A stretch of DNA of 64,000 nucleotides, taken from the NCBI GenBank assembly GCA_038087875.1, contig CM075998.1:808001-872000 (forward strand), read 5' to 3'. The notes under the pieces are model-generated. The model was not told the origin of the DNA. It searched no databases and saw only the letters and a list, made by a program, of their open reading frames with translations. This DNA is from Malacoraja senta (lineage: Eukaryota). Shown here piece by piece: positions 12,783 through 26,016 of the stretch (position 1 is the stretch's first letter; every line of letters begins with the position of its first letter). The translations under genes and the position numbers were made by a program.

Positions 12783-14194
12783 TGCTTTACGAGAATTTTC
12801 CCGAACAGTCTGCGACCCATAGCGCTGTGGCTGGTAGCGCTGTTTACAGCCCATAGCGCTGTGGCTGGTAGCGCTATATTTAGAACCTATAATGCTGCAG
12901 CTGACATCTCTTTGTTTAAATCCCCACACATTAAGCCAACAGTGCTCGGTTTAAACCTTTGCGCGCCAAACCAGCAGCGCTGTATTACCTTTACGCGCCA
13001 AGTCTGTAGCGCTGTGTATTGCTTTATGCGTCAGTCTGCGGCTGATAGCGCTTTGTTCCCAAAGGTGGGGGGGGGGGGCCTGCTGGGATGCAGTCCCCTA
13101 CTATTGGTTGTAGTTTGAATTTGGGAGCAGCGCTATGGCCAGGACTTACCGGTGGTTATTTCAACACCTGATTTCTTACCTGTATTAAGGCAGGCGCCAG
13201 TTAACTTAGTTCACGTTTATGTACGCGAGGGGCTGCGTCACGATTAGCGCCGCGGATGGAGGCAGAGAGCAAGAGAGAGAGATGTGTGCTGCTGTAAAAC
13301 TGGACCCCGCGCATACCGAGACAAGTATTCTTTTTGCTCTTTCTCTTGCCAATAAATCTGATTTGCAACTAAACAGACGAGCGTGCCTTTTTCTGTTCTA
13401 CTAGACAGATACTTGAACCTGTTCCCTTGTAACAATTGGCGCAGTCGGCAGAATCTGATGAATGGAATAGAAAATGTTTGGTAGAAAGAAATAGCAAATG
13501 AGATGGCGCTGGTGCTGGCCAAGCATCCCTGCAACAAGCTGAAGCCGCTCGTCGCCTTGGCATCAACAGACAAAACTTCAGCAGTGTGGGACAGTGAAAC
13601 TGGTGAAAGAATCAAGAGCCATAGTGCTGCAGCCAGTAGCGCCATATTTAAACCTATAACACTGCAGCCGACAGCTCTTTGTTTAAATTTCCACACGTTA
13701 AGCCAATAGTATTTAAAACTTTGCGCGCCAAACCGGCAGTGCTGTGTGTATTACCTTTACGCGCCAAGTCTGTAGCGCTTTGTATTGCATTACGCGCCAG
13801 TCTGCGGCTGATAGCGCTTTGTTCCCAAGGGGGGGGGAGCCTGCTAGGATGCAGTCCCCTGCCATTGGTTAAAGTTTGAATTTGGGAGCAGCGCTATTGA
13901 CCAGGACTTAGCGGCAGTTATTTCAACACCTGATTTATTACCTGTATTAAGGCAGGCGCCAGTACGCCAGAAGTTAGTTCACGTTTATGTACGAGAGGGG
14001 ATCACCGATGGGCTGAGTCGCAATCAGCGCCGCGGACGGTGGGAGAGAGAGATGGGCTGCTGTAAAACTGGACCCGCGCATACCAAGACAAGTATTGTTT
14101 TTGTCCTCTCTTGCCAATAAAACTGATTTGCAACTAAACAGACGAGTGAGCCTTTTTCTGTTCAACAGATCCTTGAACTGGTTCCCTTGTAACA
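12783..14194 (+). mobile_element. Internally deleted LTR retrotransposon (Gypsy-like): LTR, tRNA-Ser PBS, about 185 bp internal, LTR
   Basis: Diverged direct repeats 12783-13434 and about 13619-14194, both ending CCCTTGTAACA and containing AATAAA; TG...CA termini; CATGT duplicated at 12778-12782 and 14195-14199; TGGCGCAGTCGGCAGAAT at 13437-13454. Confidence 0.85.
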
Positions 14195-17034
14195 CATGTG
14201 CTCGAGAGCAGTCAATATGATCAGCCTTTTCCTCCAGATGACAACTGCCAACAGGCATTCTCCATGGGTTCAAAACAAAACAAAAAATAAATGCGCAAAT
14301 CTTTGAACATACCCGGTTCAAAATCATTGCATCCTATACATTATTTGGCCCAAGAAGCTTCCTTCAAGCTTTTCAGTCACAACCACTCCTTTATCTCTAA
14401 TTATATTCTCAGTGTAATCTCATGCTTTTCTCAAAAGGGAAAGGGCAAAGTGATTGAAAGATGGGATATGAGAAATTCATGCAACATTATTTGTCATGGT
14501 GCGTGGACACTGATGACATGCCAGTATTTGCGGTCCATCTTTCTCCAGAGATGCTGCCTGACCCGCTGAGTTACTCCAGCATTTTGTGTCTATTTAAAAA
14601 AATTGACCATATTGATGGGTCCATCTAGGTCAGATTGGGTAGGAAAGGCAACCTTAGATGTGCCTTAAAAAAAAAAAGAAACAAACGGATGCTTTCATGG
14701 TATTGTTACCAAGAATAGTCCAGAAGGCCACAGATTGATAAATCAGACAGAGTGAAATGAGGAATTAAAGTGGCAGGCAGCAGGAATCTCAGGGTCACCA
14801 GCTGCGGACTGAAAGGCTACAGGATTCCCTTCATTCTGCATCTGTACATTGTGGACGGCTTGATTATAATCATGTATAGCTTTTCCGCTGACTGGATAGC
14901 ATGAAACAAAAAATAGCTTCTCACTGTACCTTAGTACACGTGACAATAAACTAAACTAAAACGAAAGGGAGGCTCGGTGTCAACTGAACGGCAAGCTCAG
15001 GATCACCGCCTGCAGACTGAACGCAGGCATTCTACATCGCAGTCACCCAATTCGTGTTTGGGTTCTCCAATGCAGAAACTACACTGTGAACACTGAATGC
15101 AGTACCTTAGATTGGAAGAAGTACACGCAAACTGCTGCTTCAGTTTGGGTCCCTGGATGGTGGAAAGAGAAGAGGTGAAAGGACAATTGTTGCATCGTCT
15201 GTGATTGCAAAGGAAAATGCCATAACAAGAGGGGTGGTGGGAAGAGAAGAGTGGACCAGTGAATCACAAAGAGCAATCATACCCATCTAAGCTCCATATT
15301 CCTCCATCTATTTCTAGTGCTATAAAGCTAAAGCTGCTCGAGCATTAATTGTAATTTTCAGAAAACAGGTCAGAATTTTTGCAACTCTTCACTGATAGAA
15401 GTACTTCCTAACTTATTTCCTAGATCCTCTTATCCTAGTTTCTCAGAATGGTGGAAACTACCCTCTATCTATCCATCTCTGCAGTTCCCTTTAATAGCTT
15501 GGGGGGGAAAAAAGTCTTATCCTGACCAGTTCATCCAACTGTCCAACCAAGAAGCCGAGCTAGAACTCAGCATCGAAAAACTCTTGTCACCACCAGTATA
15601 AAAGAACTAAAGCAACATTTGTAGAAGCAAGGAACTGCAGATGCTGGTTGACAAGAAAAAGATAAAGTGCTGGAGTAACTCAGTGGGTCAGGCAGCATCT
15701 CTCGAGAACATGGATAGGTGGCATTTCTGGTCGGGACCCTTTTCTGACTGAAAAAAGGATCTCAACACCTATATATGTTCTCCAGAGATGCCGCCTGACC
15801 CACTGAGTTACTCCAGCACATTATCTTTTTTTTTTTTTAAAGCAACATTTGATCTACCCATTCAAATAAGATGAAATCGATGTGTACGGGTAAGGGAAAC
15901 ATGGGCCAGATGATATCACAATGCTGCAACAACCATCATCATTACCTGTAAGCCATTAGTTTTTCACTATACTCAGTACACATGACAATAATAAACCAAT
16001 ACCCTTTGTTTGTATCTCCAGAAAAGTAAAATACTTTCGTTCATTAAAAGTTCCAAGCTTACCACCTTACAAAACTTTACAGTACTTTTACAAAGCCAAA
16101 TTAACACCAACATCAAAAAAATTGTTATCACCCTGACAAAAAACATGACACACCAATTTGAAACTGCACCCAGGTTCATAGATCAGGTTAGTCCTTATCT
16201 AACAGCTTGGTGTCAAACTAGTTTTAACAACACTTGTGTTTACTTTGGGAGTAACTTTGGCCTAGTTATAAATGAGCTAACTCAGCACAGCCCAGGGTCA
16301 GAACCATTATTCTGGGTGACCTCAGGAAATCTTTGCAGCCAACGGTAGTGGAGAGCAGACTATGAGATGCATTTAAGATGGAGGTAGATAAATATTTAAA
16401 AGATGAAGGAAACGAGGGTTATGGCCAACTGGCATAGAGTTGAAGCCAACATAGATTAACTGCACAAAAGGACACACATGGAGAATACGGACAGGTAACG
16501 TTTCAGGTCGAGACCCTTCTTCGGATTAACTATGTCCACATTGAATGGAGGGGCAGGATTGAGTGGTCTGGTGACCTTCTCTTGCTCCTGTTTTCTCGTG
16601 TCTGAAAGCATGGAATGAGCACAGATTTCATAAGTGTTATCTTTTTTTTCTCTCGACTTTGCACGAGTCCTTGGTCTTTAAACTATCGAGCAAAGGGCAC
16701 CACCGACTTCACGTTGTGCCCTGATGAACTGGAAACCAAATTCCAGACAAACGATCTAAAACATCAAAGGTTAAAAGCAAACAGTAACGCGCGGAGAAAG
16801 CAAATCAAGTTTGTAATTTGAACTGTTGACGCTCATTGCCAAGAGTGCAGAGGTGGCTCCAGTAGTCGGAGCGGGGACGGCGGTGGGACTTGGAGAAGCG
16901 TCCCGGCTTCGTGCTGTCAGCTGGTGGGGACGGTGCGTACCGCGCATGCTCCGGGAGCCGGGCCCGGACGGCCGGGTAGAAGAGCCGCGCCAGTACTAAC
17001 CCTCCCCCTCCATACTCGGCCTCAGCCCACTTAC

Positions 17035-17097
17035 TATGTACACCACGTTTAAAGCGATGAGCGCGTTTTTCGAGCAGGTAAAACCGCCGCAAACCAT
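17035..17097 (-). CDS. TSPAN31: Tetraspanin-31, coding exon 1 ([21 protein letters not shown])
   Basis: ATG at 17097-17095, 63 nt, followed by GTAAGT donor; peptide nearly identical to the TSPAN31/TSPAN13 N-terminus; lies in a CpG-rich region. Confidence 0.96.
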
Positions 17098-17149
17098 TCT
17101 CACCGCCCTCAGTTTCCCCTCAGTCAACAAAGCGCGGTTTTTGTCTCGG

Positions 17150-17420
17150 CTCCGACTACAATGACAATGGCGACCGGGCTCAACCCCCGCCCCTCGCAGC
17201 TCATTGGTTCTCCTGGACGCTCTCCGTCTACACACATACTCATTGGTCCGGTCTGCTGCCAGTCAACCCAGAGTCCCGCCCTCACGTTGACACTCTTTTG
17301 CGGATTGGTTGATGAACATATGACGCCACTGGTCCGGGAAGAGCGGGGTGCCAATCTGGACTGACATTGGCCTGTCCCTCTGTCAATCACATTGGTGTCA
17401 AATCGAGGCGTCATATCCTC
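17150..17420 (-). promoter_or_regulatory. TSPAN31 proximal promoter region (CCAAT-box cluster, GC boxes)
   Basis: ATTGG at 17203, 17242, 17304, 17366, 17391 and CCAAT at 17351; GC box CCCCGCCCC near 17185; CpG-rich from about 16850 to 17430, just upstream of the ATG. Confidence 0.75.
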
Positions 17421-18689
17421 TTGCCAACGGGAGGAGGGACGACAATTAGAAAAGTTTTTTGCTTTTTCAGAGAATATCTTCGGTGGACATTATTAACATA
17501 GATCCTCAAGTATGATGATGGAGTCTAACCGAATCATTAAGCTGCTTTCTTCTCCCAACGGATGCCAGATCTGCAGAATGTACTTTCTCAGATTATTTAG
17601 TGTCCTTTGTAAGTACCAGAGAAAATGGTCATACTGTTTCTGAACCAGTTTCCATCATGAGAGAAAATTTGTAAAGTATATATAAACAGACATGTTCCAT
17701 GCATCAAAAGAGAGTAACTAAAGTAAACATCAATGTTTTAGATGAAGAGACTGAGGAATTAGTAATGGTAAATAGAGAAATGGTAGAGATTCTAAATAAT
17801 TATTTTGTGTTGGTCTTCACAGTAGAAAATATTAAATATATCCCACTAATAAGAGATCATCTGCAAACGTACTAATCATTGGCACATATATTTTCATCTG
17901 AATCATTAATATAGATGACACACAACAGAGGACCCGGCCTCGATTCCTGCAGCAGAACTATTGGCCACAAGCCTCCAATTTGAATAACAACCCCACACTA
18001 TCACCCTCTGTCTCCTTCCACCAAACCAAGTTTGTATCCAATTTGCCATCTCACCCTGGATCCCCTGTGATCTAACCTTTAGGACCAGCCTGCCATATGG
18101 GACCATATAGACAACATCTACTGCCTTGTCTCATCAATTCTCTTGGTCAACTCTGCGAAAGACTCAATAGAATTTGTGTGACTCATTTCCCATGTACAAA
18201 GCTCTGCTGACTGTTCCTAATTTGTCCTTGCATTTTCAAATGCAAGTAAATCCTGTCTCAGAATCCCTTGCAATAACTATCCCACTGCTGATGTAAGGCT
18301 CACCTGCCTACAGTTCCCTGGCTTATCCCTGCTGCCCTTAAATACGGCCCCCTATCCGCACCCTTTGCATCACTTTTCCCACTTGCGCATCATCCTTGCT
18401 TATCTGGTTCCACTCTTCACCTCCCTTATCTGATTCCATAATCTGCAGCCATTTAATGACTTCACGATCACCTCCTGTCTCTGTTGCTATTTCCACCCCT
18501 CCATCCCAACCTGGCTGTGCCTGCCCATTAAGCTCTCCTCACCTGGATCCACCTAATACCCATTAGCTCCTACCTCATCCCTCCCCCTCTAGCTCCAATG
18601 CCCCCACTTCCTCAGAAGGCTAAGGAAATTTGGCATGTCCCAATGACTCAGTAATGTTTACAGATGCTCCATGGAAAGGCTAGATGCAG

Positions 18690-19045
18690 GGTTGGACAGG
18701 CTAGATGCAGGAAGATTGTTCCCGATGTTGGGGAAGTCCAGGACAAGGGGTCACAGCTTAAGGATAAGGGGGAAATCCTTTAAGACCGAGATGAGGAAAA
18801 ACTTTTTCACACAGAGAGTGGTGAATCTCTGGATCTCTCTGCCACAGAGGGTAGTTGAGGCCAGTTCATTGGCTATATTTAAGAGGGAGTTAGATGTGGC
18901 CCTTGTGGCTAAGGGGATCAGGGGGTATGGAGAGAAGGCAGGTACGGGATACTGAGTTGGATGATCAGCCATGATCATATTGAATGGCGGTGCAGGCTCG
19001 AAGGGACGAATGGCCTACTCCTGCACCTATTTTCTATGTATCTAT
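18690..19045 (+). mobile_element. CR1 LINE 3' fragment nested in an old Rex1 copy (about 18590-19430)
   Basis: LDRLDAGRLFPMLGKSRTRGHSLRI..., nearly identical to 44600-45238; Rex1-like sequence on both sides. Confidence 0.88.
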
Positions 19046-21368
19046 GAAAGCACCCTATCCAGATGTATCACAGCTTGGTAAGGATCTGCTCTGCATAGAA
19101 CAACAAGAAATTACAGAGTTTTGTGAACGCAGCGCAGTCCATCACGCAGCTCACCCACCATTGACTCCATCTACAATTCCCACTGCCTCAGCAAAGCTGT
19201 AATAAAATCAAGGCCCCCTCCCACTCTTCTGTCAGGTGGAAGATACAAAAGCTATCTACACTGCAGATAAAAAGCGAAGAGATTTGTGGGCGTAGTCTAG
19301 ACCATACTACATTATGTTTTTCCCCTCTTTTGCACTACCTTCATTGATGTTATAATCTGCCAGGTTGGAAAGCAAAAGTTTTTCACCGTATCCTGGGACA
19401 CACGACAATAATAACAAACCTAAACCGAATATAAACTTACAGGTGCTGTAGGGATTGTGTAGCTATATGTATCTGCAAATACTTTTACTCCTGTAGATGG
19501 TGCTATTGTAGTAGGTACTGTCAATGTCAAGGATGCCACAAGGTTTATGGCAGTTGCTACAGTATTTTATAATCTAATTCCCCACGGAATTATTAGATTA
19601 TAAAATATTGTAGCAACTTCCAGTGATATTTCTGATGCCCAAAATAAAGGCTGAACTAAATAATTTTTTAAAAGAAACAAAAATGACAGATTTTGTAACA
19701 ATGTGATGATGTTTATTATTCAATTTGTCTCTTCACAAGAATACAAAACAAAGAAGGAATGGGCCCTTCAAACCTGGTTTCACTTCTTCCTCTGTGCCAA
19801 TTCCCCATAGCCCTCAAATCCCTCATCTTTCAAAAATGTATCTACCTTCTCTTTGAAGACTTCTAATGAGTTAGCCCCACTGCTCTCTGGAAGATTCCAG
19901 AGATTCTCCACCACTGGAAGAAATGTCTACACATTTGGATTTCTAAATGTCCAGCCCATTGTAATTATTTCCTTTTGTTTAAAACTCTCCCACTGGTGGA
20001 AACATCTCCACATCTAACTTGTCACGCCATCTTGGGATCTTACATGCTTTAATGACTCTATGACTCAGTAATAATGCCACCACGCATTCTTCTAAACTCT
20101 AAACAATACCTACACAACCTGTTTAGTCTCACAATAGGGCAATCTGCTCTTCCCAATAATTAATGTAGTAAATCTCTTTTGGACTGCCTCCAATGTTACT
20201 ATATTCTGTGTACAGTACTCCAGGTGTGGCCGCAGCAACACTCTGTACAATGGAAATAAAACGTCCCTATTTCTAATCTCCTACCCCTTTGAAAGAAAGG
20301 CCAGTATGTCTGAAGAAGGGTCCTGACCCAAAACGTCACCTATCCGTGTTTTCCAAGGATGCTGCCTGACCCACTGAAATATCCAGCATTTTGTGTCTTT
20401 ACTAGACCAATATATCATTTACTTTCATGCCCAACATTTTTTATTTCATACACTAGAACACCTAGATCTCTCTGAACTTCACTTATTTGCACTCTCTATC
20501 CCTTTAGATAATAACCCACTTTTGGATTCCTCTTATGGAAGTGCATGACCTCACACTATCCCACATTGAACTCCATTTGCCAAGTTTTCACCCAGTTAAT
20601 CAGTCTGCCTAAATCCAGTCTGCCAATATCCTTTTCACAACTTGCCATTCCATCTATTTGCATGTTATCTTTTCAGGCCTTCATTAAAGATTATAACAAC
20701 GTTTTTACTGAGGTTTTAGCTTGAAGGATTTGCTTGAAGTCCGACTCCTTCTGAAGAAACCTCGTCTGCCCATTCCCTCCACAGATACTGCCTGACCCGC
20801 CGAGTTCCTCCAACACTGGTTTTCTCAAGATTCCAGCCTCTGCAGTCTCTTGTGTCTTCAGCTTCTAATAGATGTTTGTTGCTCACTTCTTTCCTGAAAT
20901 GGAGACAGAGAGATCCAGAAAGTGAAAAGAAGAATCAGAGATGGAAGAATCAGTCTGAAGAAGGGTCCCAAGCAGTCCGTCCATTCCCTAAAATGGCAGA
21001 TACTGCCTGACCTGCTGTGTACCCCAGCACTTTGGGTTTCTACCTTGTGCTCTTGTCCTTCTTGGTAGTCGGGATTGCAGGGAGAGGAGGTTTTGTCTGG
21101 ATAGTTCCCAACGAGCTGTGAATGTGACAGCATTTTATTGAACAAGCCGTTTTTTCCCACATTTATAGCATAACTGAGAATGATTATGCACCTGTACATG
21201 TGAAGAATGGAATTGCAAAGGCTGGTTTAAACCGAAGATAAACACAAAATGCTGGAGTAATTCAGTGGGACAGACAGATGCTGCCTGTCCCGCTGAGTTA
21301 CTCCAGCATTTTGTGTCTATGTGCACCTATACATTCCTGCCTAGTCTGAAAGCAACATTGCACTAAAA

Positions 21369-21621
21369 AAAGGGTTCCCAATCTGGGGTAAATTTATCCC
21401 CTGGGGGTAAATTTGTTGATTCTGGATTTGTACATCTTTTTTCTCATTGACTGACTGTGTTTGGTTCTGGTATACCGGTATCTGTTCATCATATTATCAA
21501 TACCGGTATCAATGTTATTTCACTTATTCATGAACAACTAATGATGAACAGAATCAGAACCAAACACAGTGCTATTAAAGTTGCCAGGGGTAAACGGAAC
21601 GAAAAAGGTTGGGAACCCCTG
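21369..21621. mobile_element. hAT-type MITE
   Basis: TIRs (AAA)GGGTTCCCAA / TTGGGAACCCCTG; 8-bp TSD CACTAAAA at 21361-21368 and 21622-21629; subterminal GGGGTAAA repeats. Confidence 0.85.
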
Positions 21622-22564
21622 CACTAAAATATTTACAAGATAATTACATAGTAGCAAAAATGTCAGCAATTTAATGTTATAAATACTTAGACAAAGATTG
21701 ATTCTATCCCAAAGGACATCTGAAGAAAACAGTAGTTTCCAGATAAACAGCTTACATGTACAATCATAGAATCATGCCAGCTCTTGTGTCTAAATTACCT
21801 ATCTTATTCATGTTGGCCCTTGATAAGCAGAAATTTCCTGTCTCTTTCCACGTCGCCTTGTAAATTATTTCTTTCAAGTGCGCATCCATTTCCCTTTTGA
21901 AAACCCTAATTGACTTTGTTTCCATCATCCTCAAAGACAGTGGGCTCTCGATTATCACCAGTGTCTTCAAAATAAAATTTTCCCACGCACCCCCAAGATC
22001 ACTTTTCACTTTAAATCTGTGTTCCCGTTTTTTTGGAAAGGAGAGGTGGAGTTTTGGGTCAGGACCAAGAAGAGTCTCGACCCGGAACGTCACCGATCCA
22101 TGTTCTTCAGAAATGCTCCCTGAACCGCCGCTGAGTTACTCCAGCACTTTTGTGTACTCTCTCGTGCCCTGGCACCTATATGCTCCAATTAGCTTGGGAT
22201 GTACTGTTTTCTCAAGGCTAGGTTTTGAAGCATTTACCATCAGGTTTATTGATATTTAGTAGCATCTCCTCCTTCCCTCACTATTTAAAACATATCCGAT
22301 CAGGACAGAGAATAGTGGGGAGTAGTTTTTTGTGGCAATTCTCTCGGTTTTGATGAGTGGCTAAGGGAAAATGGTATATCCGGTTTGAAAAAGAAAAGTA
22401 ACATCTGTTGCTTGGGAGGACAATGTAGCGTTATGGGAGTGTAGGTTATGTAGCGATTGTACAGGATTGAGGTTTAGATCAGTCTATGGTACTTTGCCAC
22501 CCTCTAGTGCTCACTGTTGGAGTACACCAGTGATATAGTGACACAAGGAACTGCAGATGCTGGA

Positions 22565-23040
22565 ATAGAGTTATACAGTATGGAAACAGGCTCTTCAGCC
22601 CAACTTGCCCACTCTGACCAAGGTACCCCAGCAACACTAGTCTCACCTGCCCGCATTTGGCCCATATCCCTCTAAATCTTTCCTATCCATGTACCTTTTC
22701 AAAGCCCTTTAAATGTGGTTATAGTACCTGCCTCAACTACCGCGTCTGGCAGCTTGTTCCATATACCCCCCTACCCTTTGTGTGAAAATGTTGCTCCTCA
22801 GGTTCTTATTAAATCTCCTTCCCCTCTCACCTTAAATCTATGTCCCCTGCTTGATTCCCCTCGTCTGGGTAAAAGATTCTGTGCACTTACCCATCTATTC
22901 CCCTCATGATCTTATAGACCTCTATAAGATCACCCTTCATCCTCATGCACGCCAAGGAATAAAGTCCTAATCTGCCCAACCTCTCCCTATAATTCAGGCC
23001 CAGCATCTTGTACAACTGTTGCATAACATCCCAACTCGAT
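22565..23040 (-). mobile_element. CR1/HER1-like LINE 3' fragment
   Basis: Tail ATGGAAACAGGC..TTCAGCCCA shared with the HE1 SINE 3' end, followed by reverse CR1 ORF2 sequence. Confidence 0.75.
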
Positions 23041-23677
23041 GCCCGAGCCGCTGAGTTACTTCAGTATGTTGTGTGTTTAATTTTTGTAAACCAACATCTG
23101 CAGTCTCTTGTGCAACTTCAAAATGTCAGCTCACTGTCGGAAAGTGCTGGGACCTGCATTGTAAGCATGTCAGCATCTGAAGGTTAAAGTCTCTGGTTAA
23201 TATTGATATTCCACATGTTTTGTTTTTGCTTTTTACAGGATGCAACATAATGTAAATGAAAGAAGAATCACAGCTGGACCAGAAATATGACTGGCAGCCC
23301 ACCATAATGATGAGGAGCAGGAGCAAGGACAGGAAGGAGTGGAAAGGCAAGCCGGAAGCCCACCCTCACAGATTGGTAAGATTTCAACTGCCCTGCAAAA
23401 TCCGGACCTTGCCCTTTACCTTATTACATTTATTAATTATCTTTGTCGAAAATGTGCGAAACAATTTGGAATGTAGAATTGGCAGCCTATCTTGAAGTTT
23501 CATCTGCGTCGTTTATCTTTCTGTGTAAGTTGGGGAACGTAGAAGATATTCAGTAGAAGTTTTACGCATCCATCTGCGCTGTTAAGTGGAATAGCAGAAC
23601 TTGCAGTTACGTGGTGTCTTCTGAATGTTTTTCGGGAGTGCCCAAAACACCTCACATAGAAAGGAATGCACAAAGGG

Positions 23678-23960
23678 GCAGTACAGTGGCGCAGTGGTAG
23701 AATTGCTGCCTCCCAGCGCCAGAAAACTGGGTTCGATCCTGACTACGGGTGCTGACTGTATGGAGTTTGTACGTTCTCCCAGTGACCGTGTGAGTTTTCT
23801 GCGAGTGCTCTGATTTCCTCCCACACTCCAAAGATGTACAGGTTTGTAAGTTAATTGGTTTCTGTAAATTATAAATTGTCCCTAGTGTGTAGGATAGGGT
23901 GATCGCTGGTCGGCATGGACTCGGTGGGCCAAAGGTCCTGTTTCCATGCTGTATCTCTAT
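23678..23960 (+). mobile_element. HE1-like V-SINE
   Basis: GTGGCGCAGTGGTAGA..GGGTTCGATCC..V-domain..tail. Confidence 0.87.
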
Positions 23961-26016
23961 AGTCAAAATTCTAAAGGAAGAACTACATTGTACAGTTGAG
24001 TAAACTTGGCAGCTATTTTGTACACTGTCGCACAAAGCTGACAAAGAATTGCACAGACCAGACCTCTTCCCTCTAGTGTTCTGTCCATCTTCATCCTGTT
24101 GCCAGTGGGAGTGGATCTGGGCAAGAATTTACAGTTCAGAAGTTCCTGCAGATAGTGTGCAGCAGTTGGAGCCTCTTCCTTTAACAGCAGCACTCCCATA
24201 ACATAAGTTGTGCAGGTTGGTGGGCTAATTGGCCACTGTAATTAGCGTCTAGTATGTGGGGAGTGACAGAACCCGGGTTGATAGGAAGGTGGGGAGAATA
24301 AAATGTAATTTGTTTAAATGGGTGCTTGATGATCAGCATGGACCCAGTGGGCCAAAGGGCTTGTTTTGTGCTGTATGACTCTGACCCTATCAATCGGTGA
24401 CTGAATTAATCCAAGACCCTGCTGCCTGTGTCCTGACTTGTACCAAGTCTCATTCACTCACCTCCACTGTGATTAACATTGACTCCCAGATAAGCAACAA
24501 CTCAATAAAACAAAATCCTTGTGTTTGGATCCCTCCAAGTCCCTATCTCTATCCCCTCAACCTTTTGAGAACTGTGCATTCCTTTATCTCTGCCCTCTCG
24601 TGTGTCCCTCACTTGATTAACCCCACCATTGACAGCCAAGCCTTCTGCGTCTGGGTCCTAAGCTCCAGATTCTCTTTCCGATTCTCTTTGTGACTCCACT
24701 TCATTCCCTCAGATGCTGTTCAATACTGAATCCTTTGGCATTGCGTCATCTGAATTAATATTTCCTCCTTTGTTTAGTTTAGTTTAGAGATACAGTGTGG
24801 AAACAGGCCCTTCGGCCCACCGAATCGACACATTAATACAATCCTACACACACTAGGGACAGTTTATCCAAGCCAATTAACCAACAAACCTGTACGTCTT
24901 TGGAGTGTGGGAGTCTGGCACTGTAAGCGCTGTAAGGCAGCAACTCTACCGCTGCGCTTTGGTTTGATGTCAGTTTTCATCTGTTAAGAATTTCCTGTAA
25001 AGCATTGCACCTTTACTACATTAAAGGTATTGTATAAATACAGATTGTTACTATCTTTGAGTCTTGCGTGTAAAAGTTTCGGCTCCCTATGTTGTATGTT
25101 AGGATTGCAAGGGTACAAATCTCTGCAGGTGCCAGGAAATCAGAAGGTATCTTCGACCCCCTTCACGTCAGCCTTGGGAAAAGCTGATAACGGATTACAG
25201 TACCTTCAGAATATTTCCAAATGCTTTTGGGAATGATTTGCCCCTATTTTGTCTATTTTAATCACTCCTTCTTACTAAACTATGTTTGCATATGTTCATT
25301 TTGTAACTCAAATGCGCTTTTTGTACTGAAGCTGTGAAAAATTGGTGCAATATATGTGTCCTTTAATCCAGACTTTAAAAAATATATATCCAGACATGGT
25401 CTTTTTTTGAAAGAAAGCTTAATGCTTACAAATCTTGCTCTGAAGGATTAATCTTGTCTGCGCTTTCACAATATATTACTTGAATTTAGCAGTGATATTG
25501 AGGTCTGTGCAGTTGTGAGTTGTTTCTGTAGCTAATTTTAAATTACTATTGTTGTAATTTGTAATAAAGCTGAGAAATATGGGCAAAAAGCAGCAGGTCT
25601 GGCCGACCAAATCATCAGTGTCTGATCCATTGTTACCTGATGTGAGTTTCCAGACTAAAAGCCACGCTGTTAATCTTGACCTGGTTTAACTGATGGAAAC
25701 CAAGCCTCTTCCAATCAGTTGCTTGTTTTAACATGATACGGCTGCCTTTGACATTTGCATTGGTACGATTTCCTGTACAGTTTATGTGTTGAAAGTAGGT
25801 TTGTATTTTCTCAGCTCCATTTACTTTGGTGGCTGAGTCTTTGGTCAGGATGTGAGCAGTCCAGAAAGCTTTCATATCAGCCAAGGCTCGGAAAGGCATT
25901 GTAGAAGTGGCAGGTTTTATGTGAAACTGGTGACTATGCTGGTATCATCGATGGATCAGTAGATGACACCCTCGTTTCAGAATGAAACCAAGTGTCTGAG
26001 GATGACTGTAGACACG

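Noticed and set aside
13244..13696. 150-aa minus-strand ORF with a signal-peptide-like start (MALLAAALWLLILSPVSLS)
   Set aside because: Lies across the LTR/internal junctions of the LTR relic, antisense to it; no recognisable domain.
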